Assembly (NCBI GenBank): GCA_040876925.1
Contig: JBBDOS010000004.1
Coordinates: 37,330 to 101,329, forward strand
Source of the DNA: Candidatus Saccharimonadales bacterium
GTDB taxonomy: Bacteria; Patescibacteriota; Saccharimonadia; QS-5-54-17
DNA length: 64,000 bases
Reading direction: 5' to 3'
The notes beneath the pieces are model-generated. The model ran no database searches. It was not told the DNA's origin and was given only the letters and a program-made list of their open reading frames with translations. Both the position numbers and the translations under genes were made by a program. Positions 37,939 through 47,529 of this stretch are shown here, one piece after another; within the stretch, counting starts at the first letter, position 1; each line of letters begins with the position of its first letter.

Positions 37939-38625
37939 ATGATAGGCGTGATATTACTTGATAGATTATCAAAATCATATGGAAAATCCGTGGCTCTAGA
38001 ACGGGTAGATTTACATATCCATCCCAAAGAGTTTGTTACGGTAGTAGGCCGTAGTGGAGCTGGCAAATCGACCCTTATAAAGTTACTTATACAAGAAGAA
38101 AAACACAGCTCCGGCAAGATTATAGTTGGCGGGGTAGATTACGATAATTTGAAGCGTCGTGATATACCAAAATTGAGGCGTAAAATAGGGGTAGTATTTC
38201 AGGACTTTAAGCTACTTAACAATCGCAATATCTATGAAAATGTAGCTTTTGCATTAGAGATTACCGGTACTAGACCTAGTGTCATTAAACATACTGTACC
38301 AAAAGTAATTAAACTGGTCGGGCTAGAAGGTAAAGAGAGGAACTTTCCTCATGAGATATCTGGCGGAGAGAAACAGAGGGTAGCTATAGCTAGGGCGATT
38401 GTACGCCAACCCAATATATTAATAGCCGATGAACCAACCGGCAACTTAGACCCCAAGCATTCCTGGGATATTATAGAGCTGCTACTAAAGATTAATCGTT
38501 ATGGTACGACTGTAATTCTAACCACTCACAATCGTGATATTGTTAACGCTCTGCAGAGAAGGGTGGTAACTTTGCGTGACGGTAAAGTAGCTAACGATGA
38601 AGAAAGAGGTAGTTATGAAGTATAG
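37939..38625 (+). CDS. ftsE: cell-division ABC transporter ATP-binding protein FtsE
   Basis: Walker A GRSGAGKST, ABC signature ISGGEKQRVAIARA and Walker B ILIADEPT. Paired with ftsX. Confidence 0.9.
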   Translation: MIGVILLDRLSKSYGKSVALERVDLHIHPKEFVTVVGRSGAGKSTLIKLLIQEEKHSSGKIIVGGVDYDNLKRRDIPKLRRKIGVVFQDFKLLNNRNIYENVAFALEITGTRPSVIKHTVPKVIKLVGLEGKERNFPHEISGGEKQRVAIARAIVRQPNILIADEPTGNLDPKHSWDIIELLLKINRYGTTVILTTHNRDIVNALQRRVVTLRDGKVANDEERGSYEV

Positions 38626-38640
38626 GGGAGAGATTAAGCT

Positions 38641-39573
38641 ATGCTAAAGACCCTGCTTAGAAAATTACTAATGCTCTGGAGGGTGATTACCTCAGGTACA
38701 CGTAACTTCTTTCGTAACGCCTGGTTAAGCGTAGCGGCTACTACTGTCATGGTGATCACTCTCACTATTATATTAGGGGCCGTAGTTTTGAACATGGCTT
38801 TAGGAGATACTCTGGATAAGATTACTGAGTCGATCGATATAGCCATATTTTTTAATGACGATGCGCCGATGAGTATGGTTAATCAACTACAAAACGACTT
38901 AGAAGAGTTAGATAATGTTACCGGAACAGAGTATATATCTAAAGATGACGCTCTAAGACAGTATCGACTAGACAATATTGACAACCAAGATGTATTAGAT
39001 GCTGTCACTGAAGGGGACAATCCACTGCCTACCAGTTTAGAGGTGCAGGTTCAAGACTTACAGCTGATCGATGAAATTATCATGCTCACTCAGGAGGATC
39101 AATACTTAACTATTATTGAAGATACTTCATTAGGAGAAGATAGACGCAGAACTATAGAGAGGATAGCTGATACTAGGCAGTTCTTAATTACTGCCGGCAT
39201 AGCTGCCAGTCTGATATTTGCTAGCGTATCAGTATTAATTATCTTCAACACTATTCGTATGGCTATATTCGCTAGAGGGGATGAGATTAGTATTATGCGT
39301 TTAGTCGGTGCCACTAATGGATTTATTAGAGGGCCGTTCTTATTCGAAGCCATACTAGATGGATTAATCGCTGCTAGTATTAGTTTGGGGCTGGTTTACT
39401 TACTATTATTTAGGGGAGCTACCAGAATAGTTAATGACTTTATTAGTTTTGATGCTACCATTGCGTTCTTTAGCGATCAGTGGCTGCTAGTAGTGCTAGC
39501 TACCTTAGCAGCTGGAGCATTGATAGGTGTTATCTCCTCGATGATGGCCATGGTTAGGTATCTAAAGCTATAG
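38641..39573 (+). CDS. ftsX: cell-division permease-like protein FtsX
   Basis: 4-TM FtsX topology with a large extracellular loop between TM1 and TM2; directly follows ftsE. Confidence 0.85.
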   Translation: MLKTLLRKLLMLWRVITSGTRNFFRNAWLSVAATTVMVITLTIILGAVVLNMALGDTLDKITESIDIAIFFNDDAPMSMVNQLQNDLEELDNVTGTEYISKDDALRQYRLDNIDNQDVLDAVTEGDNPLPTSLEVQVQDLQLIDEIIMLTQEDQYLTIIEDTSLGEDRRRTIERIADTRQFLITAGIAASLIFASVSVLIIFNTIRMAIFARGDEISIMRLVGATNGFIRGPFLFEAILDGLIAASISLGLVYLLLFRGATRIVNDFISFDATIAFFSDQWLLVVLATLAAGALIGVISSMMAMVRYLKL

Positions 39574-39714
39574 CTTTAAGGGGCTTATAAAAAGCATACA
39601 AAGTTAGGCAGTTGTTTGTATTAGTGCTTATGCTATAATCTATGGCCTAGCCTTTACTAATTTGAATAAGTTTTTTAAACATAACCTAAGCTGGTTTATT
39701 TAGCGTAACAACTA

Positions 39715-39743
39715 TTGATTTGTTAGCAATAATTTGGTAATAT
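39715..39743 (+). promoter_or_regulatory. sigma70-like promoter (-35 TTGATT, 17-nt spacer, -10 TAATAT) for the CHAP hydrolase gene
   Basis: Motifs seen at 39715-39720 and 39738-39743. This implies that the TTG start at 39734 in the ORF track is upstream of the transcript start. Confidence 0.5.
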
Positions 39744-39760
39744 CTTGGAGTAATGTACTA

Positions 39761-40933
39761 ATGTTAATTAGTAAATATATGAAAACAAAAACTATCAAAC
39801 TCAAAAGTATTATTTCTATTGTGGCAATTTTCGCCCTACTTATAGGGTTTTATTCTGATGTGTTTGCGCAGAATCTGAGTAATATACATAGGCAAATAGA
39901 ATCTGTTAATAGAGAAATTAGCCAATCAGAGAGTCGCATAGAAGAATTAAGGCGGAGAGAGAATACGCTACAAAATCGGTTAGCTGTATTAGATGCCGAA
40001 GCCAGACAATTAGAGCAAGAGATAAGTCGTACCAAAACAGAAATAACTAAAACTCGAGCAGAGATTACAGAAAAAGAAAAGGAACTAGCTCGCACCAAAG
40101 AAATGATTCAAGAGAGTGCCAAGACTCTATACAAGCAGGGCGACCCATCGACAATAGAGATATTATTCTCTAGCGAAAACTTTACCGACTTTATTAATAA
40201 GCGAGAATATCTGGATAGGGTTAAAACTAGCTTGAATGAGGCAGCTAAGGAGGCAGTATTGCTTAAAGGAGAGTTGGAAGAAAAAGAGACAGAACTTAAC
40301 TTTAAGTCTCGTGAGCTCAGTGGACAACGAGTACAATTAACTAGTCGACAAGAAGAACAAAAACGACTAATAGAAGAAACACAAGGAGAAGAATCTCGCT
40401 ATCAAGAGATTGTAGAGAATCAACGCGGAGAGCTGCAAAGACTTGAAGAGGAGCAAAGGCGAGCATATGATCGGTTCTTAAATAATTTCAATCCAGAGAC
40501 TCGCCCTGGAGATCCCAGTAGGGGTAGCTATCCAGACAAATGGCACAATGCACCTATAAATTCTATGGCGGATGATTGGGGTATGTTTAACAGACAATGT
40601 ACAAGCTATGCTGCTTGGAGAGTAGCTAACGATGGCAAATTTATGCCTAGGTGGGGTAATATACACCCATTTCCGAGAGGTAATGCTCGTTACTGGCCAA
40701 CACATGCCATTAGCGACGATATACCAGTAAATAATACTCCAAAGATTGGAGCAATAGCAGTTTGGGGACCAAATCAGTTTGGTATGAGTAGTATGGGTCA
40801 CCTAGCTTATGTAGAACAAGTTAATGGTGACGGCTCCATCTGGGTGAGTCAGTATAATGTTATAGCTGGTCAATATAATGAAATGAGAGTTCCTAGTTCG
40901 CAGGCACCTAATCTAAGATATATTCATTTTTAG
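39761..40933 (+). CDS. PcsB-like secreted peptidoglycan hydrolase (N-terminal coiled-coil plus C-terminal CHAP domain)
   Basis: Signal peptide (MKTKTIKLKSIISIVAIFALLIGFYSDVFAQN). About 200 aa of coiled-coil follow (EELRRRENTLQNRLAVLDAEARQLEQEI...). The CHAP domain has catalytic Cys (NRQCTSYAAWRV) and His (GHLAYVEQV). Start placed at ATG 39761; ATG 39779 is an alternative. Confidence 0.8.
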   Translation: MLISKYMKTKTIKLKSIISIVAIFALLIGFYSDVFAQNLSNIHRQIESVNREISQSESRIEELRRRENTLQNRLAVLDAEARQLEQEISRTKTEITKTRAEITEKEKELARTKEMIQESAKTLYKQGDPSTIEILFSSENFTDFINKREYLDRVKTSLNEAAKEAVLLKGELEEKETELNFKSRELSGQRVQLTSRQEEQKRLIEETQGEESRYQEIVENQRGELQRLEEEQRRAYDRFLNNFNPETRPGDPSRGSYPDKWHNAPINSMADDWGMFNRQCTSYAAWRVANDGKFMPRWGNIHPFPRGNARYWPTHAISDDIPVNNTPKIGAIAVWGPNQFGMSSMGHLAYVEQVNGDGSIWVSQYNVIAGQYNEMRVPSSQAPNLRYIHF

Positions 40934-40988
40934 GTTGTTGGCCTAATTATATTTAAGCAACACATCCATAACGCTCATGCTACAATAG

Positions 40989-42224
40989 TTGCTAGTGGAA
41001 GAGAGATTAAACCAACTAGACGATAGAGATTCAAATAGAGGCAAGAAGCCAGGCTTTGGTTTAGCCTCAGTTATCGCTATAGCAGTACTTGTAGGGTCTT
41101 TAGGCTTTGTACTGGGTACGAATGTTGATCAGCTTGGTATAAGCAGGCAATACGAAACTCAGAATGAGGATTTACCAGAGAGCCTAGACTATAGCTCTAT
41201 AGATAGACTATATGACTTGTTGCGTGAAAACTATGCTGGTGACTTAAGTCTAGAAGATCTAATGCTAGGACTGAAGCAGGGCTTAATTAATGCTACTGGC
41301 GATCCTTTTACGGAATATTTAACGGCCGAAGAAGCTAAGGAGTTTCATAATAGCTTGAACGGTGAATTTAGTGGTGTAGGCATAGAGATAGGCATTAGAG
41401 ATGACCGTTTAGTAGTAATTGCTCCTATAGCAGACACACCGGCTGATAAGGCGGGTCTAAGAGCAGGAGACGCTATAGTAGCTATTGGTGAGGAAGATGC
41501 TACTGATATGGGCTTACAAACAGCCGTAAGTAAAATTAGGGGTGAAGATGGTACTGAGGTGACTTTAACTATCAGTCGAGAAGGTGAAGAGCTGCAAGAT
41601 ATAACAATAACCAGGGGTTTGATAGAGGTTCCTAGTGTAGATTCAGAGGTGTTAGCCAGTAATATCGGCTATATTAAGCTAAGTAGGTTTGGTAGCGATA
41701 CTGCCAGTGACTTCCGTAAGGCGGCTCAAGAGCTAGTAGATCAAGGAGCTAGCAGTATAGTTCTAGATATGCGCAATAACCCAGGGGGATACTTTGATGC
41801 AGCTATCGGTGTAGCTAGTGAGTTCCTTGAGACCGGTGAGGCAGTAGTAGAGGAGCGTCGCGGCGATGAAGTCATAGCTACTGAAAGAGCCAGAAATAGC
41901 GGTAGCCTCATAGGATTACCGGTAATAGTGCTAGTCAATGGTGGTTCAGCTAGCTCTAGTGAGATTGTCTCTGGAGCTCTGGGCGATCATGAAGTAGCAA
42001 CTATTGTTGGTGAGCAAACTTTTGGTAAGGGTAGTGTCCAGCAACTTATAGAGGTTGGGGATGGTAGTAGTCTAAGAGTTACTATAGCTAACTGGTATAC
42101 TCCCTCAGGTCTTAATATTAGCGATTCTGGTGTTACACCAGATGAGGTAGTAGAGATGAGCCAAGAAGATTTTGAATCTGGATTAGACCCCCAGCTTGAT
42201 AGAGCTATAGAAATACTTGAGTAA
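40989..42224 (+). CDS. ctpA: C-terminal processing (tail-specific) protease, S41 family, with PDZ domain
   Basis: PDZ segment (GVGIEIG...DTPADKAGLRAGDAIVAI), S41 catalytic Ser box (GGSASSSEIVSGAL) and Lys box (TFGKGSVQ). Confidence 0.85.
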   Translation: MLVEERLNQLDDRDSNRGKKPGFGLASVIAIAVLVGSLGFVLGTNVDQLGISRQYETQNEDLPESLDYSSIDRLYDLLRENYAGDLSLEDLMLGLKQGLINATGDPFTEYLTAEEAKEFHNSLNGEFSGVGIEIGIRDDRLVVIAPIADTPADKAGLRAGDAIVAIGEEDATDMGLQTAVSKIRGEDGTEVTLTISREGEELQDITITRGLIEVPSVDSEVLASNIGYIKLSRFGSDTASDFRKAAQELVDQGASSIVLDMRNNPGGYFDAAIGVASEFLETGEAVVEERRGDEVIATERARNSGSLIGLPVIVLVNGGSASSSEIVSGALGDHEVATIVGEQTFGKGSVQQLIEVGDGSSLRVTIANWYTPSGLNISDSGVTPDEVVEMSQEDFESGLDPQLDRAIEILE

Positions 42225-42299
42225 TTAATATTTAACTAGTTTTATGACAAACTTATTGTTAATATAGGGGCATAGAAATACAAGGAGTGGTGTTAAGTT

Positions 42300-43904
42300 T
42301 TGGCTAACAAAGATACGAAATACATATTCGTAACAGGTGGAGTGTTGTCTGGAGTAGGCAAAGGTATTACGGCTGCGTCTTTAGGTAAGATACTAAAGAG
42401 TCGGGGCTTGAGTGTTAATATCCAAAAATGTGATCCATATTTAAATACCGATGCTGGTACTCTAAACCCCGCTGAGCACGGTGAGGTATTTGTAACAGGT
42501 GATGGTGCGGAGACAGATCTAGACCTAGGTCACTACGAGAGATTTCTCGATCAAGAGTTAAATAAATATAGCTCACTAATGAGCGGTAGAATTTTAAGCA
42601 GAGTCATTAAAGCCGAGAGAGCTGGTGAGTATTTAGGCAAGACGGTTCAGATTATCCCCCATATTACTGATGCTATACAAGATGAGATAGCTAGATCAGC
42701 TAGTGGATATGATGTTCACATAGTAGAGATTGGCGGTACGGTAGGAGATTATGAGAGTTTAAGTTTCCTAGAAGCTATTCGTGAATTCAAACAACGTGCA
42801 GGGGTAGATAATGTAGCTTATGTACATGTGGTCTATATGCCTTACCTAGAAGCTAGCAAGGAAGTTAAGACTAAGCCAGCTCAAAGTGCTGTTAGGACTC
42901 TACGTGGGTATGGTATTAGCCCCGATATATTAGTAGCCAGAACAGAAAGGGAAGTTAACAGCAATATCTTAGATAAGCTCAGCATGTTTGCTGATGTGCC
43001 TAAAGAAGGTATATGCATAGCTCCAACTGTAGATAGTGTTTATGAAGTTCCTCTCATAATGAGCGATATAGCTAATTATGCTATAGACAAACTATCCCTG
43101 AAGGTAGGAAAAGAAGATCTCAAATCCTGGGAAAAGCTAGTTGCCACTGCTAAGAATCAAGATTTACCTAAAGTAAAAGTCGGCGTAGTGGCTAAGTATA
43201 TGGATCATGAAGACACCTATATGAGCGTCTTTGAGGCTATTAAGGCAGCAGCTTGGCATTATGACCTGCAACCAGAAATTATCTGGATTGATGCCGAAAA
43301 AGCCGCCGAGAAACTACCAGTTGAAGAACTAGAAGAGTTAGATGGTCTTATAGTACCCGGTGGTTTTGGTAGTCGTGGGGTAGAGGGAAAAATTAAAGTT
43401 GCTGCTTGGGCCAAAGAGAATAACAAGCCATACTTGGGTCTTTGTTTGGGTATGCAGGTAGCTGCTATCGTGATAGCTCGTGAGGCTATAGATCAATCAG
43501 CTAACTCTACAGAATTTGATAACAATACATCCTGTCCGGTTATTAGTCTAATGGCTGATCAGGAAGAAGTAGTAGATTTCGGTGGTACCATGAGACTAGG
43601 TAATTGGGAGTGTAGTTTGCAGAAAGGGTCTCTAGCTAGATCTCTGTATGGTCAAGATACCATCTTTGAGCGTCATAGGCATCGTTATGAATTTAATAAC
43701 ACCTATAGAGACCAGCTAGCAGAGGCTGGGGTAGTCTTTTCCGGCTTATCACCAGATGGCAAATTAGTCGAAGTTATGGAGCTCAAAAACCACCCATTCT
43801 TTATAGCTAGTCAATTCCACCCAGAATTCTCATCAAGACCCGGTAATCCCAATCCGCTATTTAAGGGCTTTATTCAGGCAGCCAGTAAACAGGCCAATAA
43901 CTGA
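42300..43904 (+). CDS. pyrG: CTP synthase (TTG start)
   Basis: N-terminal synthetase domain (KYIFVTGGVLSGVGKGITAASLG, GGTVGDYESLSFLEAIRE). C-terminal glutamine amidotransferase has catalytic Cys (LGLCLGMQ) and His (HRHRYEFN). TTG at 42300 follows an AAGGAG RBS. Confidence 0.93.
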   Translation: MANKDTKYIFVTGGVLSGVGKGITAASLGKILKSRGLSVNIQKCDPYLNTDAGTLNPAEHGEVFVTGDGAETDLDLGHYERFLDQELNKYSSLMSGRILSRVIKAERAGEYLGKTVQIIPHITDAIQDEIARSASGYDVHIVEIGGTVGDYESLSFLEAIREFKQRAGVDNVAYVHVVYMPYLEASKEVKTKPAQSAVRTLRGYGISPDILVARTEREVNSNILDKLSMFADVPKEGICIAPTVDSVYEVPLIMSDIANYAIDKLSLKVGKEDLKSWEKLVATAKNQDLPKVKVGVVAKYMDHEDTYMSVFEAIKAAAWHYDLQPEIIWIDAEKAAEKLPVEELEELDGLIVPGGFGSRGVEGKIKVAAWAKENNKPYLGLCLGMQVAAIVIAREAIDQSANSTEFDNNTSCPVISLMADQEEVVDFGGTMRLGNWECSLQKGSLARSLYGQDTIFERHRHRYEFNNTYRDQLAEAGVVFSGLSPDGKLVEVMELKNHPFFIASQFHPEFSSRPGNPNPLFKGFIQAASKQANN

Positions 43905-43942
43905 AGCCTCTTGCGCTAAAGAGTTTTAAGCGCTAGGATTAA

Positions 43943-44347
43943 ATGAAGATGGATATAGCAGGACCCCAAAAAACCAAAAAGAAGATTCTACTAGTAGAAG
44001 ACGATACTGGCCTGGCTTCTGTATATCAGGCTAGATTAGAGGCTGAAGGCTTTGAAGTTTATCATTGTGATAATGGTGAATCAGCTTTGAGTGACGCTAT
44101 TAAATACCAGCCAGATTTAATATTGCTAGATGTTATGATGCCTAAAATCAGCGGCTTTGATGTGTTAGATATACTGCACAATACCCCAGAGACTAGTGGC
44201 ATCAAGATAGTTATGTTAACGGCTCTTTCTCAGGATAGTGATAAAGAGCGCGCTGAGGAACTAGGGGCTGATGATTACCTAGTTAAGTCTCAGGTAGTTA
44301 TAGCTGATGTCATATCGCGTATTAAACACCATTTAGGGATGAGTTAA
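43943..44347 (+). CDS. single-domain response regulator (receiver only, CheY-like)
   Basis: ILLVEDD...LILLDVMMP...phospho-acceptor Asp and conserved Thr/Lys; no output domain. No cognate kinase adjacent. Confidence 0.8.
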   Translation: MKMDIAGPQKTKKKILLVEDDTGLASVYQARLEAEGFEVYHCDNGESALSDAIKYQPDLILLDVMMPKISGFDVLDILHNTPETSGIKIVMLTALSQDSDKERAEELGADDYLVKSQVVIADVISRIKHHLGMS

Positions 44348-44465
44348 GCAAAAACTTTCTATAGTTAGTCCAAAGCAATATTTACTTGACATTATGTAAA
44401 GCTTATGCTAATGTTATATCTATAAATAAGCTACAAAAACAAAAAATAAATAAGGATAATAAAAA

Positions 44466-44846
44466 ATGACAGAATTCAAACCAAAAGGCACAGAGTTAAG
44501 CGATACAGAGCAAGCAGCCATGGATCAACTCAAGAGTTTAGCTGAGGGTGCAGGCTCTAGTTTCGAAGGTGATGAATCTGTTATCAATGAAGCCATACAG
44601 GATGCTCAAGGGGAAGACCACACTGCTAATTTATGGGAACTAGCTGAGTCTAAACAAAGACCAGTCTCTACTGAGCAAGATAGAAAAATAGCAGAGCTAG
44701 ATGCCCGTTCAGAGTTAATAGATAAAACGGATGAGGAACTAGGTAAACTAGCAGCTAGAGTTAGAGCAGTCACTGAAGAAGGCGGCAGTATGATTCAAGC
44801 AGCTGCAGAAGCTGAACAAAGCGCTAAGCCGAGAACGAAGCGCTAA
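44466..44846 (+). CDS. hypothetical acidic protein (possibly truncated by a 19-bp tandem duplication)
   Basis: 126-aa ORF ending ...EQSAKPRTKR*. See the repeat at 44820-44857. Confidence 0.5.
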   Translation: MTEFKPKGTELSDTEQAAMDQLKSLAEGAGSSFEGDESVINEAIQDAQGEDHTANLWELAESKQRPVSTEQDRKIAELDARSELIDKTDEELGKLAARVRAVTEEGGSMIQAAAEAEQSAKPRTKR

Positions 44847-44857
44847 GCCGACCGAAA
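44820..44857 (+). repeat. imperfect 19-bp tandem duplication (AGCGCTAAGCCGAgaacga / AGCGCTAAGCCGAccgaaa)
   Basis: 13/13 identical core repeated with period 19 (a +1 frame shift) at the 3' end of the ORF. The frame entered after the second copy stays open to TAA at 44914-44916. Confidence 0.7.
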
Positions 44858-44962
44858 TCATTTCAGATCAGTCAGAGAGCGATCAACTGGTTACAGCTGA
44901 TGACGTATCTAAATAAAAAGCTGAATAAATACAGGCCAACAAGCTAGCCTAAAAAGAGCTTA

Positions 44963-45235
44963 CTAAACTATCTTAACCATAGTACGTGGTACTTTTTGTC
45001 CGCTGAAACGTATTTTTCTAGTTTTGACGAAATCTACTTTACCGTCCTGAGTAGCGTAGATAGTGTGATCTCGTCCATAAGCTGTGCCTGGTCCGGCTAT
45101 TTTACTGCTGCCTCTTTGGCGCACTAAAACAGCGCCAGATTTTACTTCTTGACCAGCAAATAACTTAACCCCCAGCCGTTGACCGGGAGAATCCTTTAGA
45201 TTAGAGGCTGAACCGCCTGATTTAGTCTTACTCAT
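44963..45235 (-). CDS. rpmA: 50S ribosomal protein L27
   Basis: SKTKSGGSASNLKDSPGQRLGVKLFAGQ... matches the L27 signature (KKGGGS.RNGRDS...RLGVK). Confidence 0.9.
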   Translation of the reverse strand: MSKTKSGGSASNLKDSPGQRLGVKLFAGQEVKSGAVLVRQRGSSKIAGPGTAYGRDHTIYATQDGKVDFVKTRKIRFSGQKVPRTMVKIV

Positions 45236-45236
45236 T

Positions 45237-46385
45237 TTACCTTGTCTCCAAAAGTATTATATATCTACCGACGAACTGATTGTCTCTACGATAAAGCAAG
45301 CCAGTGTCGGAATTGTTTAACAGTAGCCGATTATAGCCAAGCTCCTCTATATTGTCAATTATGTCTGGCAATATAGTATTGTCGTTGTTTTTCCAGGCCG
45401 GTAAGGCTAGACAAGCTCGAGAGCCTTTAGGTAGTTGAGGTTGTAAGTTTTTAAGAGTGGATTTCATGAGTTCTGATGATTGACTAGCTAGTTCTAATAA
45501 CTTATTTTTATCAGTTTCCTTATTGATTATAGGGCCCAAGTAGCCTTCACTGACAATAGTGTCTACTCCTTCTGGTAGCTGCAAATTTCTAGCATCAGCT
45601 ACTTCTAAATATTTAGGTTGCGATGTATTAAATTCCTTACTTAACCAACCAAGGTTTTCTCTAGAGCAATTAACCATCTTATCTGATATATCCGAGCCCC
45701 CCACGTCTTTATTCATTAGCAGTGCTTCTTGCAAGATAACTCCGCTGCCGCAGAATGGATCAAATATAAAATTATTATCATTACCGGTGATATTGATCAT
45801 GATTTGAGCTAATTTAGGCGGCAACATGCCGGTTTGCATATCTCTACAAGGCCTGCCGATGTCTCTATGTGTGTATTTATCAATATCTTGCACCCAAGTA
45901 GTTTTAGCAACTACAGTGCTTGAGTCGCCGATACTTATTAAGAGCTCATAACCACTGCCAATTAAATTATTATGTATGACTTGAGCTGAGGATAGTTCCT
46001 GATTTTTAGCTAGTATAATCCGAGGTTTCAAGCCGTTATTTCTAAGATGTTTTTTGAAAGTTAATGATATTTGCTGATAGTTATCTATGCTTTTGCCATA
46101 GAAACTAAGTCCAATATTGAACTTAGTTGCCTTTAGGTTAAGATCCTCTGCTGCTTTTTGATATAGATAATCTGCAATTGCATTGATATCTGCAGTGTTT
46201 AAAGTGGTGATTATTTCACCAATCTTACTAGTTCCTCCTAGATGGGGGTATATAGAGCCAGTAAATACAGCACTTTGAGTAGAATGTCTGCTGGTATCAG
46301 GATAGATAGCGCCAAGCTCGGCTAGTGATAATTTAGGATTAACTCCTAATGTAGCTAGATATTTCATCAAGCTTAATACTAGCAC
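45237..46385 (-). CDS. class I SAM-dependent (putative RNA) methyltransferase, RlmL/Trm11-like
   Basis: Motif I DPFCGSG preceded by a THUMP-like N-terminal region. The position expected for NPPY reads VSEGYLG (divergent). Confidence 0.5.
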   Translation of the reverse strand: MLVLSLMKYLATLGVNPKLSLAELGAIYPDTSRHSTQSAVFTGSIYPHLGGTSKIGEIITTLNTADINAIADYLYQKAAEDLNLKATKFNIGLSFYGKSIDNYQQISLTFKKHLRNNGLKPRIILAKNQELSSAQVIHNNLIGSGYELLISIGDSSTVVAKTTWVQDIDKYTHRDIGRPCRDMQTGMLPPKLAQIMINITGNDNNFIFDPFCGSGVILQEALLMNKDVGGSDISDKMVNCSRENLGWLSKEFNTSQPKYLEVADARNLQLPEGVDTIVSEGYLGPIINKETDKNKLLELASQSSELMKSTLKNLQPQLPKGSRACLALPAWKNNDNTILPDIIDNIEELGYNRLLLNNSDTGLLYRRDNQFVGRYIILLETR

Positions 46386-46471
46386 ATGAGTTTATCTAGG
46401 TTAGGTTTGAATTATCTGTCTTTAAATCTAACCTAGATTAACTTAACCTATAACCCAAAACGTCTGCATCT

Positions 46472-47503
46472 TTGTTGTATAATGAAGAGCAAGCTATGAA
46501 CACGAGAAGGGTTTTAGTATTAGTAGGAGTGGTGGGCATTAGCCTTTTTGTCTATCTATTTTGGACGGATTTAGTAGAGGCAACCCGCATAATAAGAGGC
46601 GTGCAGTGGCAGTATATCCTAGTGGCAGTACCGATTATATTCTTAGTCTACCTGCTGTATTCAGCCTTTTATCTATCCATCCTAAAGACATTAGATGCCT
46701 CGTTGGTTTCTATTTGGCGACTTTATGGGTTATCGCTAGCTTCGGCATTTGTTAATGCGATACTGCCTTCAGCTGGAGCATCTGGAGTTTCTTTTCTAGC
46801 AGCGGCACTCAAGAGAGATGGAGTTAGTAGTGGTCAAACTAGCTTTATGCAAATTGCTAGATATATGGCTATTTATACGTCTTACACACTGCTTTTAGTA
46901 GTAGCTATTATTAGCTTATATATGGGTGATATTGGTAGATTAGCTACTATTATAGCTATAGCTATAGCTATCAATATTATTATAGTTACTATCTTAGGTA
47001 TATATATTTTATATAACAAGCGAGCCTTCAACTGGTTCTTTAGGAAGCTAAGTAAATTAATTGACTCTATAGCTAGACGTCTTAGAAAGGGCAAAGATTT
47101 AATTGGTATCGATAGAATGGAAAGACTTTTAAACAGTTTTCATGACAGTGCCAGTGAGGCTATCAATCAAAAAATCTACCTTAAACAACCATTCTGGCTA
47201 GCTTTTGGTGTCAACCTTATAGAAGTCAGTCTCTTGTATTTAGTTTTTGTAGCTCTAGGCAGTCCGGTCAGCTTCGGAGTAGTTATCATCGCCTTTGCTG
47301 TAGCTAATGGCGCCGGCATAGTTACTGTTATACCAGGGGATGTAGGAATTTATGAGATAGCCATGGTGACTATATTGAGTATTTCCGGAGTTCCTCTAGC
47401 AGTCGGTATATCTGCTACCCTAGTGTATAGGGTATTACATAAAGGATTAGTATTACCGTTTGGATTCTATTTCTACAACAGATACTTAAGAGAGATTACT
47501 TAA
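46472..47503 (+). CDS. UPF0104 / flippase-like (MprF TM-region-like) membrane protein
   Basis: 343 aa, polytopic, with the Gly/Ala-rich helix pattern typical of the lysylphosphatidylglycerol-synthase TM region family. Inference from architecture. Confidence 0.45.
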   Translation: MLYNEEQAMNTRRVLVLVGVVGISLFVYLFWTDLVEATRIIRGVQWQYILVAVPIIFLVYLLYSAFYLSILKTLDASLVSIWRLYGLSLASAFVNAILPSAGASGVSFLAAALKRDGVSSGQTSFMQIARYMAIYTSYTLLLVVAIISLYMGDIGRLATIIAIAIAINIIIVTILGIYILYNKRAFNWFFRKLSKLIDSIARRLRKGKDLIGIDRMERLLNSFHDSASEAINQKIYLKQPFWLAFGVNLIEVSLLYLVFVALGSPVSFGVVIIAFAVANGAGIVTVIPGDVGIYEIAMVTILSISGVPLAVGISATLVYRVLHKGLVLPFGFYFYNRYLREIT

Positions 47504-47529
47504 ATAAGGAGATTGATAACAGAAATTTT

